The translations under genes and the position numbers were made by a program. A stretch of 34,585 nt of DNA. Origin: Octopus sinensis. Its lineage: Eukaryota. The notes beneath the pieces were generated by a model, which searched no databases, was not told the origin of the DNA, and saw only the letters and a program-made list of their open reading frames with translations. The stretch covers positions 1 to 34,585 of the forward strand of contig NW_021826241.1 in the NCBI RefSeq assembly GCF_006345805.1, written 5' to 3'. Below, piece after piece: positions 11,298 to 22,278 of the stretch; position 1 is the first letter of the stretch, and every line of letters begins with the position of its first letter.

Positions 11298-11795
11298 GAT
11301 CCAGTTCCAGTGTCTGACTCTTATTTCGTCACTGATTCTGGTTTGTGTTTGCTGTCGTCTCAATTGTGTCATTTCGTACTCTTTGCAGCCACTTGATATC
11401 GAGTATTCTCCTTAAGCATGGGAACTGGAAGCTGTCCATTGTCTTTTTCTTCCATTTTCTTTTTTTTTTTGTCATTTTCTAGTTTTCACATCCATAGAAT
11501 AATACTGATCGAACCAAAGTCTTGAACAGCTGCGGCTTCGTTTTGTGGCCTAACTAATAATAAAATGCAGACACTGAAACTGGGTCGGACATATCCTTAG
11601 GCAACCTCGAGAAAGTGATTGTATGGTGGCACTTAAGTGGCAACCTGAGGGGAAAAGAGAAGTAGGGTGCCCTAAAATCACATGGAGAAGGACCATTAAC
11701 AAAGAAAAGAGACGAGAAGAATGGAGAAGTTGAAGTGAGACCAGAACAGTGGCAGAAAACAGAGCTGGTTGGAGAGATCGTGTTGCGGCCTTTCC
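11298..11795. mobile_element. RTE-clade LINE 3' fragment with inverted 5' part
   Basis: Minus 11552->11298 reads TKPQLFKTLVRSVLFYGCEN*..FQFPCLRRILDIKW..ISDEIRVRHWNWI. Plus 11568-11795 reads NWVGHILRQPRESDCMVALKWQPEGKREVGCPKITWRRTI..NRAGWRDRVAA. Confidence 0.85.
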
Positions 11796-12267
11796 TCTGA
11801 TGAAAGGTTTGTACGATCAGAACTGATCTGAGGTTACATAGCAATATCAATAACTTTATTAAGCGAGTTGACGCTTGATCTGCTAGAAATAGGAGTCATT
11901 TTCTCCTCAATTTTCACCCTTAAATCTTCAAAACAAAGGGCGGGGGGTGTGGGAATACAGGATCTTATAGCTCGATCAGAGTTAATCTGAAAGTATCAAC
12001 AACAACAACAACAACTGGTAATGAGTGACTTCCGGGTCAAATATATATATAACCTGCATGTGGTTGCATATCTTGTTAGAAATAACAGCTAGATTTCTTT
12101 GAAATCCTCAAATCGCAAACCTACCATCGTAAAAAGAGAAGGTTAATGTGGTCCTATTTTTGCACTGAATGAAAGAAATAAAAAAAAAAAAAAAGAAAAC
12201 GTAAGACGGAATGGTCAACATTTGAACTTAATTTATCAGGAACAATAATATTTGTATCTGTCTAAAG

Positions 12268-12408
12268 CAACCATGGGTAAACTGAGGCCTGCGGAACCTT
12301 CCGAAGAGCGTACCAACGAAATATCACCTTGAAATTTTTTAGCAGACTCGTCTAATGATGAATCATGTCTCATGCGGCCCACTTATCGAAAAATGTTTCT
12401 CATGCCTC
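12268..12408. mobile_element. Decayed hAT-type MITE
   Basis: Imperfect terminal inverted repeats caaccatgggtaaac / gtttctcatgcctc with subterminal tgaggcctgcgg / atgcggcccac motifs typical of hAT non-autonomous elements. Confidence 0.45.
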
Positions 12409-12804
12409 TTCAACAATCATCGTCATCGACGTCGTCGTCATCGTCGTCGTCGTCGTCATCGTCGTCGTCGTCGTCATCGTCGTCGTCGTCATCATCATCA
12501 TCATCATCGCCGTCATCAGCAGCAATAGCAGCCGTTCAAGAATTTGGACCTGGAGATCTCCATTTCCAGCGACTTCGAGGGCCACCTCCCAGTGGTGTCG
12601 GGCGTCAACGAAGAGCCCTCGTCTACAACAAGACGACCAAAGTTTTTTTTTCCCAAGGTCTGGGGTCTCCCGCCCCTAAGCCCTAGACCATCACCTAATC
12701 ACCCTTACTCGTCTTGTTGCTTAACAACAACAACAACAACAGCAGCAGCAGCAGCAGCAACGGCAGCATTATCATCGCCTTCGTCATCGCTTTCGTCGCC
12801 TTCT

Positions 12805-13022
12805 TCGTCGTTATCAATTAATTTCGTAATGATCGAAATAAATTTCTCGCAGTATTTCGACCAGCTCTTTACGTTCTTAGTTCAATACCTTCCGAATCAA
12901 ATTTGCTTTTCATCCTTTCGTGGGGTCGATAAAATAATCTATGAGTTAAGTACTGGAATCGATATAATCGACTAATCCCTACCCCTCAAAAATTGCTGGC
13001 TTTGGTCCTATTGTCGAAAAAA
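12805..13022 (+). mobile_element. SINE family B, decayed
   Basis: gtatttcg..ttacgttcttagttcaa..ttttcatcctttcgtggggtcgataaaat..gatataatcgactaatccc. Confidence 0.7.
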
Positions 13023-14150
13023 ATTATTAATGCATACCCTTATTTAAATAAAATTCCCTCATTTTATTGGCTTTAGAAGATGATGAGACAGAAGTCATCT
13101 TCTGTGAAATTAGAACCCAAAACCGGAAACAATGAAACCAAAAAGAAATATTGAAAAACATTCACTCAGTGCTTTATAATATCAGTTGTGCCTACATCCT
13201 TTTTTGGTAAATCAATTATACTTAGATTATTGATCTCGTAGGGAATAAACATTCAGTTGACCTCGGTAGGTTTTGATGTTAGATCTCCAAAATAACAAAA
13301 GCAGGATATTGTAAAATATTCAACCTGATTCTGTAAATTTTGCAGTAAATTTCCAGTTCATATCCTTGCACCAGAATACAAATTCTGCACGTAAACCGGA
13401 AGTGAGCTGTGCAATCACCATGAGTCATTTTACTGCAGGAAATATACTGGCGCTGGTGTTGTCATAATGATTTGTAATTTTCGATAATATCGAAGCAACC
13501 GGATTTATGTTAATTCTGTGTTTAATGCGAGTGGTCGGATGGAAGGAGAGGGGCAGAAATTACATTTGTATCTAGTGAGTGGAAGTTCGTATCCTTACGT
13601 AGACAGTGTGTTCTTCTCACGGTCAAGACTGCAGACACAAGTTCTACAAAATTACATTGCTTCTGTAAGTTATGGTAGTATAAGGAAACTAAATGTTTCG
13701 TTAGATTGAAGTGTTGTGACCAGCTCCATTTGTAGTTGAGTTGAGCTTTCATCAGTTTTACTTGACCTCAGATGCTGAACATAAAGTTTCGATTAGAGAT
13801 GTTTGAAAAATTGAAAATATTGTTCTGATACACTTGGGGCTTCCATACAATTCTTTCTGATTGAACACATCTCAAAATTTGTGAGTGCATGAATGTTTTG
13901 GTTATATTTCTCAAATTTAGTTCCAATGGGAAAGAGTAGCTTTCTCAGAAACAAGCCATTTCAATGGAATTTAGATAATATCAGTTGATGTCAAGGCTGT
14001 TCCTTCTATCATCAATATATTTTCAAGTTGTCCACTAAAATAGTTGTGTTAGATTGGTGCTTCTGCCTTTCAAATGTCTTCAATGAAGAAAAATGCATAA
14101 GGAATTCATTAAAGGTATGTATGATGTTCCATACACACGTACAGAGAGGA

Positions 14151-14195
<45 letters not shown>

Positions 14196-15123
14196 TGAGA
14201 GAGAGAGAGATCAAAGGGGAGAGATAGAAAGAAAGAGAGAGAGAGACTGTGACCTTTAAATATACTCTCGCATACTTTACCTTATCGGTGACAAAACAAT
14301 TATTGCCTGCATTTAATGGTGATCCCAGAGGATGATGATCCCAGAGTGAAATCAGGTTGTCTGTTGCTATGGTTATGATTTGGATCTTTAGCAAATCGAG
14401 GGTTTTCTAATACCAAGAAGTGGAAGCAAAATCAAATTCTTTCTTGTAATTCAGTCAGTCTGTAACTAAACTCATTATTTTGGTTCACTTCTGATATCAC
14501 AGATCTGTTGATTAGAAATTATTCTGCACATACCCCAAAATCCTTTTTTTTAGCTGCTTGTTAAGCTGCGATATATTATTACTATCATAGGGATCCTTGA
14601 GGAATAGCGGCAATCAGACTATATATATATATATATACTTCTGAATAAAATTCTGTCATGTTGTTGATCGGTAATTATTCAGCGTGTAAGTGGCCTTATT
14701 TTTGCATAAGTCTTGTTTCAACTAACTTGGTATATTTAAACTCCCACTGGAAGCTTGCTGGTAAACGTCACTAAGATATCGTCAGTCGATTGACTTTTCT
14801 TTTTGTAATAACCGAGAATCAAGTCTGTTTCTAGAGTTTCTTTTTCCTTAGAATAAAGATTCTGTACAATGTTCAAGTTCATTTCAAGGTTATCGAATAA
14901 TTAATGGCAAAATTTTCACTCTTCATACAGATAAACATGATTGAATCTTGGATTGCTGGATAATATTACCCAGTAGTACGCAGTATGGTTGGAAGCTTTT
15001 GTTAATCAAACAGCTAAGTTTTAAAGATCTTTTCGCTAAATCATTAAAATGCTGTGAACCATTCTATCTGCTTCAACTTTGGCTCAAGTAATGTAGTATC
15101 CTTTGCCAAAGATTTCAAACATA

Positions 15124-15185
15124 GAAAGCGGTGCCCCAGCATGGCCGTAGTCTAATGGCTGAAACAAGTAAAAGAGTGAAAGAAT
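15124..15185 (+). mobile_element. SINE family A 3' tail fragment
   Basis: gcggtgccccagcatggccgtagtctaatggctgaaacaagtaaaagag. Confidence 0.75.
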
Positions 15186-15314
15186 AGAATATGTAACAGG
15201 CTTCACAAATGAAAATAACAATGCATCCAATATTGGCAAGCACAAGAACATAAATTGCAATATGTATATATATTAAATTGCAATACATATATACAAACAT
15301 GCGTGTGTATTGTC

Positions 15315-15498
15315 AGTAATTTTTTTTCTTCCGTCTTCCCTTCCTTGGATCTTTCCTTTTCCTATGTTTCTGATGAAGAGCTCCACTCGAAACGTTAAAT
15401 CCTCCTTCTTTCTTCCCTTTCCTGAGCGTCCAATAACATTATACTTGTTCCACGTCCTCGCGTTGTTGTGTTTTCTCTATGTGTTTTCATGTTTGGAT

Positions 15499-15502
<4 letters not shown>
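15315..15502 (+). mobile_element. Penelope-like terminal fragment ending at (TA)n
   Basis: Pyrimidine-rich flanks around a minimal hammerhead motif; ends directly at (TA)n 15503-15539. Confidence 0.6.
15366..15400 (+). ncRNA. Minimal type-I hammerhead ribozyme (Penelope type)
   Basis: gttt / CTGATGA (15370-15376) / extra a / gag-ctcca-ctc / GAAA (15389-15392) / palindromic ACGT stem III / T / aaat. Confidence 0.65.
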
Positions 15503-15543
<41 letters not shown>

Positions 15544-16009
15544 TTAGTAACACTGATGTCAATAATCTTGGAACAGGAATTTGAAAGAGACATCCTGTTA
15601 TGTTGACACATTAATAGCATATGTTGTTGACAAGGAACTTGAACTTACTGCAGACCAGAATGTTTTTTTTTTCGTACTATTACCAAGAATTCAGGAACAA
15701 AAACAACTCCTTAAAATAAGTCAAATGACTGTTTGGGATAAATGTACAGAAGTGATCTTGTGGAAGATTTTCAGGACTTGCATGACAATAGATCCTAAAT
15801 AGGAAAAATAACAACGGTGTTGTTAGATACTATGAGCGATACCCAAAATTTGTGTTAGCCTTAAATTGTTACCACTTTGGATCAAAAGCTAAAATCTTCA
15901 AACTTTCTATAAACATGGTCCGTCATTTTTTTTCTATTGAGATCAGGCATTTGAGTATGTTGCCAAATATCTACTACAAGCTAGAGAAAGAAATTTTTAT
16001 TTTGATAGT

Positions 16010-16395
16010 GTGGAAGCACTCCGTCGGTTACGACGACGAGGGTTCCGGTTGATCCGATCAACGGAACAGCCCGCTCGTGAAATTAACGTGTAAGTGGCTG
16101 AGCACTCCACAGACACGTGTACCCTTAACGTAGTTCTCGGGCATATTCAGCGTGACACAGAGAGTGACAAGGCCGGCCCTTTGAAATACAGGTACAACAG
16201 AAACAGGAAGTAAGAGTGAGAGAAAGTTGTGGTGACAGAGTTCAGCAGGGATCACCACCATCCCTGCCGGAGCCTCGTGGAGCTTTAGGTGTTTTCGCTC
16301 AATAAACACTCACAACGCCCGGTCTGGGAATCGAAACCGCGATCCTACGACCGCGAGTCCGCTGCCCTAACCACTGGGCCATTGCGCCTCCACAC
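16010..16395 (-). mobile_element. SINE family C, full length, 9-bp TSD
   Basis: tttgatagt at 16001-16009 and 16396-16404; near-identical to 25842-26230; A and B boxes on the minus strand. Confidence 0.93.
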
Positions 16396-16909
16396 TTTGA
16401 TAGTAACGACGACATGTACCAAACGCCTATAAGTGCAGTGGTTAAGACAAAAGACAAATTGTGCCTCAATCCACATTGCAATTTATTAACTCACACACAA
16501 GTGTTGCAGTGTATAAAATATATGCTAGGGGCATTGCAGCAAGTAACAGGTTTCATAGGAACTTTCAGGAAATTATCGTAGCAACAAGACGATAAACAAT
16601 CTTACAAATAAGAGCAAAATAGTTCGCAATCATTCAGATATTGAAAATTCATTGGAATCGTATATTCTCATTGGCAAATCGAAAGGCATTGTATATCCTC
16701 AGGTGCTGACATGACAAGGTTCAAAATTGCCCAGGCTATGATGGGAATAGACATAATAGCTTATAAGGTGGATCACATCGCAACTCTTCATATAACCTCT
16801 CGACACTGTATGTACTACTGTTCCAACAGATGGATGTGTGGCTTTCATTGAGTGTGTATTAGTTGTGTTACTCTAAAAGTATTGGATGACAATTTCGTTT
16901 CCTACATGG

Positions 16910-17634
16910 GAAATAACATTTCACGAGAATTCCAATAAGTGTTGTATTAAACTGAATATGCATTCAATAAGACTTTATAAGTACTTTCTGTCCCTTTTAA
17001 CATACATGCATGTATGTTTATATTTACACATACATACATAAATACATACATACATACATACATACATACATACATACATACATACATTCAAATATATTTA
17101 TGTATATGCGTATAAATATGTGTGTATGCATACACACAGAGATATAAATTAAGTGTATATATATATATATATATATACAGAGAGAGAGAGGAGAGAGAGA
17201 GAGAGAGAAAAAGGATATGTGGCGTTCGATCATATAATAATATAGACATATACATATATATGTAGGTATGTACATCTATGTATGTATATATGCATATATT
17301 TATATATTTTTTATATTATATTATATTATATTATATTATATTATATTATATTATATTATATATGTGTGTGTATGTGTGTGACTGTGTGTGTGTGCGTGCG
17401 TGTATGTGTGTATGTTTGTATACAGACATGCTTACGCACATATATATACGCATTTACACACACTTATATTTGAATGTATGTATGTGTGTATGTATGCATG
17501 CATGTATATATGTATGTTTAAATATAAATATACATGCATATATGTTAAAAGGGACCGAAAGTACTTAAAAAGTCTTATTGAATGCATATTTAGTTTAATA
17601 AACACTTATTAGAATTCTCGTGAGATGTTATTTC
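16910..17634. repeat. Long inverted repeat (~210-bp arms) around a microsatellite spacer
   Basis: 16910-~17130 is the reverse complement of ~17428-17634 (gaaataacat.tcacgagaatt..tgcattcaataagacttt..tcccttttaacat). Confidence 0.88.
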
Positions 17635-17859
17635 TGGTATACGAAGTATACAAACACACACACACACACATACACAAACACACACGCATACAGATATACA
17701 CACATATATACGTATATACATTCTTGTGTGTGCGTGTGTGCTTGTGTGTGTGTGTGTTTTGGGTTTAGTTCTCAAATTTCTTTCCATTTTTTGTGAGCCA
17801 TTCTGTAACATAAGCAAAATTCTTTCATTGGAATTAAGACATTATCCAGGTAGTTTTGT

Positions 17860-18069
17860 ACATGCATGCGTATGCGTATGTATGTATTGATGCATGCATA
17901 CACACATTATGTATGCATGTAGACATATGATATATACATACAAACATGCATAGTTGCTTGCGCCCATACACACATGCATGTATGTGCACGTATACGTATG
18001 TATGTGTGTATGCATGTATGTATCTATCTATTTATCTATCCATCTGTCCGTCTGTTTATCTATATATCA

Positions 18070-18161
<92 letters not shown>

Positions 18162-18228
18162 GTCTGTCTGTCTGTCTGTCTCTTTGTATGTATGTATGTA
18201 TGTATGTATGTATGTATCTATCTATCTA

Positions 18229-18279
<51 letters not shown>

Positions 18280-18350
18280 GTCTGTCTGTCGTCTGTCTGT
18301 ATGTATGTATGTATGTATGTATGTATATATGCATATGTAAATGTATGTAT
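17860..18350. repeat. (TATG)/(TATC)/(TGTC)n microsatellite
   Basis: Directly visible. Confidence 0.93.
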
Positions 18351-18759
18351 GCAAGTCCATGTAAGTATGTACAATTATTTGTAAGAGTAATATGTGACTA
18401 GATTCAATTGTTATTGTTGTTGTTATTGTTTTGCCTCTGATCAACAATATCAGAGCTGACTTATGACTAATAGCATTCGAATAGTTAACCACCCTGTTTT
18501 TTTACGGACTACATTAATTGTTCTACATTAATATGTCCTTTTCCTATTTAAAAAATTTCATTTATAATCTGAAAGAGATTCGGTTGCTATTTCTAGCTGA
18601 TCAGGCAAGGCCTCTTTAGTGTGTGATTTTTGTCTGTTTGTCTCTTTATTGTCTGTTTGCTGTCAAAAAGTTATAGCATAGTGTACATTAACACTGAAGC
18701 TCACCTGTATCGATTTGAAGATCTTTACTTTTCGCGTACTATTTAATTCAATAGAAATA

Positions 18760-19343
18760 TTATTTTCTACTCCAGGCACAAGGCCCAAAATTTAGGGCGG
18801 GGGGGCAGTCGATTAGATCGGTCCCAGTATGCAACTGGTACTTAATTTATTGACCACCCCCGAGAGGTTGAAAGGCAAAGTCGACCTCAGCGGAATTTGA
18901 ACTTAGAATGTAAAGACAGACGAAATACCTATTTCTTTACTACCCACAGGGGGCTAAACACAGAGGAGGCAAACAAGGACAGACAGATGGATTAAGTCGA
19001 TTATATCGACCCCAGTGCGTAACTGGTGCTTAATTTATAAAACCCCGAAAGGATGAAAGGCAAAGTCGATATCGGCGGAATTTGAACTCAGAACGTAACG
19101 GCAGACGAAATACCTATTTCTTTACTACCCACAAGGGGCTAAACACAGAGAGGACAAACAAGGACAGACAAAGGGATTAAGTTGATTACATCGACACCAG
19201 TGCGTAACTGGTACTTAATTTATCGACCCCGAAAGGATGAAAGGCAAAGTCGACCTCGGCGGAATTCGAACTCAGAATGTAAAGACAGACGAAATACCGC
19301 TAAGCATTCCACCCGGCGCGCTAACGTTTCTGCCAACTTGCTG
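18760..19343 (-). mobile_element. Head-to-tail trimer of SINE family B
   Basis: Units ~18760-18929, 18930-19114 and 19115-19343; only the last retains the 5' head. Confidence 0.9.
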
Positions 19344-20218
19344 CTCTTGTTCAATAAAAATATTACTATGGAATATTGATTCTCGATCACTTTTTATCCA
19401 TAGATACCTCTGGCTCCTATTTTACTCATGTGGACCCTAACAGCCATTCCATATTTTAAAATCCTATTATATTTTTGTAATTAAATATTATGAGAAAAGA
19501 AATTAAAATATTTTGGGAATTGTAGAATTACAGCCAATATATTGCACGCACATTTTAACAGAAAATCTTACATGGACTACCACGAGTCATATGGAACTAT
19601 TTGAGTAATATCATAATGTATTCAAAATCGGCCTAAGATGATCTTAATCAGTACGTGCGTCTACCCGTCTGAAGAACACCTGTAGTAACATCTGTGGAAG
19701 CTATCTGTTTTATGAAAGAAATGACAGTGGTTTTCGATCCCAAATAAACAGAAGCAGACACAAACTGCATCCTTGGTATATTGTTTTTAAAAGATTTATA
19801 ACACCAGAGACAATTGCAAGATTTTCAGTTACAGAGGTGAATGTTGGGGACCAAGTATCTGTGAGCCTCTTCCAGTGGTGGCAACTAGGATAGTATGTTC
19901 CTTTGCCAAACGCAGTGAATCCAACAAAAATGAGTGTAGAACAGTATCAAGCACTTTTTAATCTATAATTTGATCAAATAAGTAAGAGGTTTCTGCACCG
20001 TTTTTGCTTTTCAAACAACTTAGATTCCTTAATTAGATGTTCTATATCTACGTTCATTCCAATTGCCTTGAGTCTGTTTGCTTAAAGCTTATACATAACT
20101 AGCTGTATAACTCGTCTTTGACCGGAATTAAGTTAGGATTATTAAGCTAATCAAGTTCTTTATTTCAAACCAATTGACGTAACATCGACGTCAAATTTTG
20201 GCGAAATCCGTTGAAATT

Positions 20219-20263
<45 letters not shown>

Positions 20264-20364
20264 TATATGGGCAACACACACATACACACACATACGTACG
20301 TACACCTATTGCATACATGTTTTTGTATGCATACATATTCGTGCATGTGTGTATGTGTGTTGCC

Positions 20365-20642
20365 CGTATATCAACAAAACACTTTTTCCTCGATGGTAAA
20401 AAAACAACAAAAGTCTTAACAAAAACTTACTCGTCGCTAGAAGGAGACTTAACTCCTGTTTGCAAACAATGGTGAGTTCTCCGACTTGAAAATTGTTAAA
20501 AGTTTTGGTTGAGAATTTATTTTTACTGCTATTGACTGGTGCCTCTGGGGAAAAATAAGTTGACGAAAATACAGTTGGATTCATGACGAATGTCCTCCTA
20601 AAATTGGAGCGACATGTGTGCTAATTTGTGGACGTGCATAAA

Positions 20643-20703
<61 letters not shown>

Positions 20704-20726
20704 TCCTGCCATTTATATAGAGAGAT
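20365..20726 (+). mobile_element. Possible non-autonomous rolling-circle (Helitron/Helentron-like) element with subterminal (CA)n
   Basis: Ends in (CA)n followed by ..catttatatagagagat, reminiscent of Lep1/DINE-1-type architecture; no second copy in the window. Confidence 0.25.
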
Positions 20727-20967
20727 GTAGAAACTACAGGCCTATAAATTTTCATTCTTAGATATAATATTTATCCGTGAAAACCAATTTGTGACATTGA
20801 ATTGTTTTTCCAATAGTTCTTTTAAATATACGCTGCAACAGTCTTCTCCAACTTTTTAATCTGTCCTTGGTGATCTTTCATCATGGAATTTTCTCTTAAT
20901 TTTAATGTGAATGCAGTTGACAGTATGTCTTACTATGGATGTTGATACTGTATTTATTTCTCATTGT

Positions 20968-21276
20968 CGCGGGCGCATGGCCTAGTGGTTAGGGTATTGC
21001 ACTCACTATTACGAGATGGTGGTTTCAATTCCTGGACCGGAGAGTGCGTTGCGTTTTTGAGTAAAACAATTCATCTCACGCTGCTGCGTGATCACTTCGA
21101 CACGTATCACGTGCCACACCTTGCACCTATTCAGGTAACCTCGATTTGACGGAGGGAGTGAGCAAATGTACAGCATTTGATGATTATAAATTTGATGATT
21201 ATAAAGAAATCCTTTGTGCAGGTTGTTCATCAAGAAACTGAAAGGCCGTCCTTCTCGGATTACGAGAAACTACCAT
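20968..21276 (+). mobile_element. tRNA-derived SINE with a distinct tail, 17-bp TSD
   Basis: tggcctagtgg A box, ggtttcaattcc B box; tatttatttctc(a/g)ttgt at 20951-20967 and 21277-21293. Confidence 0.85.
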
Positions 21277-21546
21277 TATTTATTTCTCGTTGTATGGAAG
21301 CATGGTTACTATGGTTGATATTTTTTTCATTATCAAAATGAATTAATATTTCCCTGTGAATAAGTTGTTATTGTCACTGAAATCTCGTTTCCGTTCATCT
21401 TTTGAAAATATAGATTTGGCGTTAATGAAAATCTTGTTTACTTTCATTCGGTGTCAGAATTTTTTCTGAAAATCTAGCGTTCATGCCCTAAAGCGGTTTC
21501 GTTACTCATTAAGAGTTTCGAGTGCAGATTCTCCGTATCTTCCAGT

Positions 21547-21765
21547 TACTCTTTTACTCTTTTACTTGTTTCAATCATTTGACTGCGGCCATGCTGGAGC
21601 ACCGCCTTTAGTCAAGCAAATCGACACCAGGACTTATTCTTTGTAAGCCCAGTACTTATTCTATCGGTCTCTTTTGCCGAGCCGCTAAGTGACGGGGACG
21701 TAAACACACCAGCATCGGTTGTCAAGTAATGCTAGGGGGACAAACACAGACACACAAACACACAT

Positions 21766-21816
<51 letters not shown>

Positions 21817-21981
21817 TACGACAGGCTTCTTTCAGTTTCCGTCTACCAAATCCACTCACAAGGCATTGGTAGGCCCGGGGCTATAGCAGAAGACACTTGC
21901 CCAAGATGCCACGCAGTGGGACTGAACCCGGAACCATATGGTTGGTTAGCAAGCTAATTACCACACAGCCACTCCTGCGCC
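21547..21981 (-). mobile_element. SINE family A, full length
   Basis: Head ggcgcaggagtggctgtgtggtaa, internal (TA)(CA) tract, (taaaagag)n tail. Confidence 0.92.
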
Positions 21982-22278
21982 TATTGTTTTTTTTATTTTC
22001 ATAAGATGTAACTGGGACATTGTACGCGTATTGTTCATTACACATATGACGGAATCTAAATATCCGGTTAGATGGCGAAGGTTCTTGACATTTTAATCTA
22101 CTCCTCTTATCCACCTGGGTGGCTTAGGCAACTCCTAAGTGTTGCTCCAGAGAGCTAGCAGCTGTATCCACACAAGCATTGAATGTCCGATAGTTGTTAT
22201 CATGTGTTTTTATACAATCATTAGCGATTTTTTGATAACCTGTAACACGAGAGTGACTGGTTTTATCTCGTATCCACA

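Noticed and set aside
12273-12686. Possible exon (MRPTYRKMFLMPLQQ-polySer-..)
   Set aside because: The 5' part overlaps a hAT-MITE-like remnant and the middle is a CGT/CAT microsatellite; in-frame stop at 12330-12332; no recognisable domain.
13076-13110. Hammerhead-like ATGATGAG-acagaag..cttctgt-GAAA
   Set aside because: C3 is missing and no stem I or stem III partner can be found; an alternative hairpin explains the pairing.
13560-13700. Minus-strand FCRTCVC resembling an integrase zinc finger
   Set aside because: No DDE core follows, and the regional motif evidence favours the + strand.
16320-16392. tRNA gene (also at ~8314-8390, ~9445-9518, ~26155-26228)
   Set aside because: tRNA-like A/B boxes are SINE heads continuing into SINE bodies, two of them with TSDs; no complete cloverleaf was evident.
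16400-16760. Minus-strand Cys-rich peptide resembling a viral glycoprotein tail
   Set aside because: No specific motif; it is antisense to the better-supported L-like frame.
18760-19343. CRISPR-like repeat array
   Set aside because: Units are ~170-230-bp SINE copies without unique spacers, in a eukaryotic context with no cas genes.
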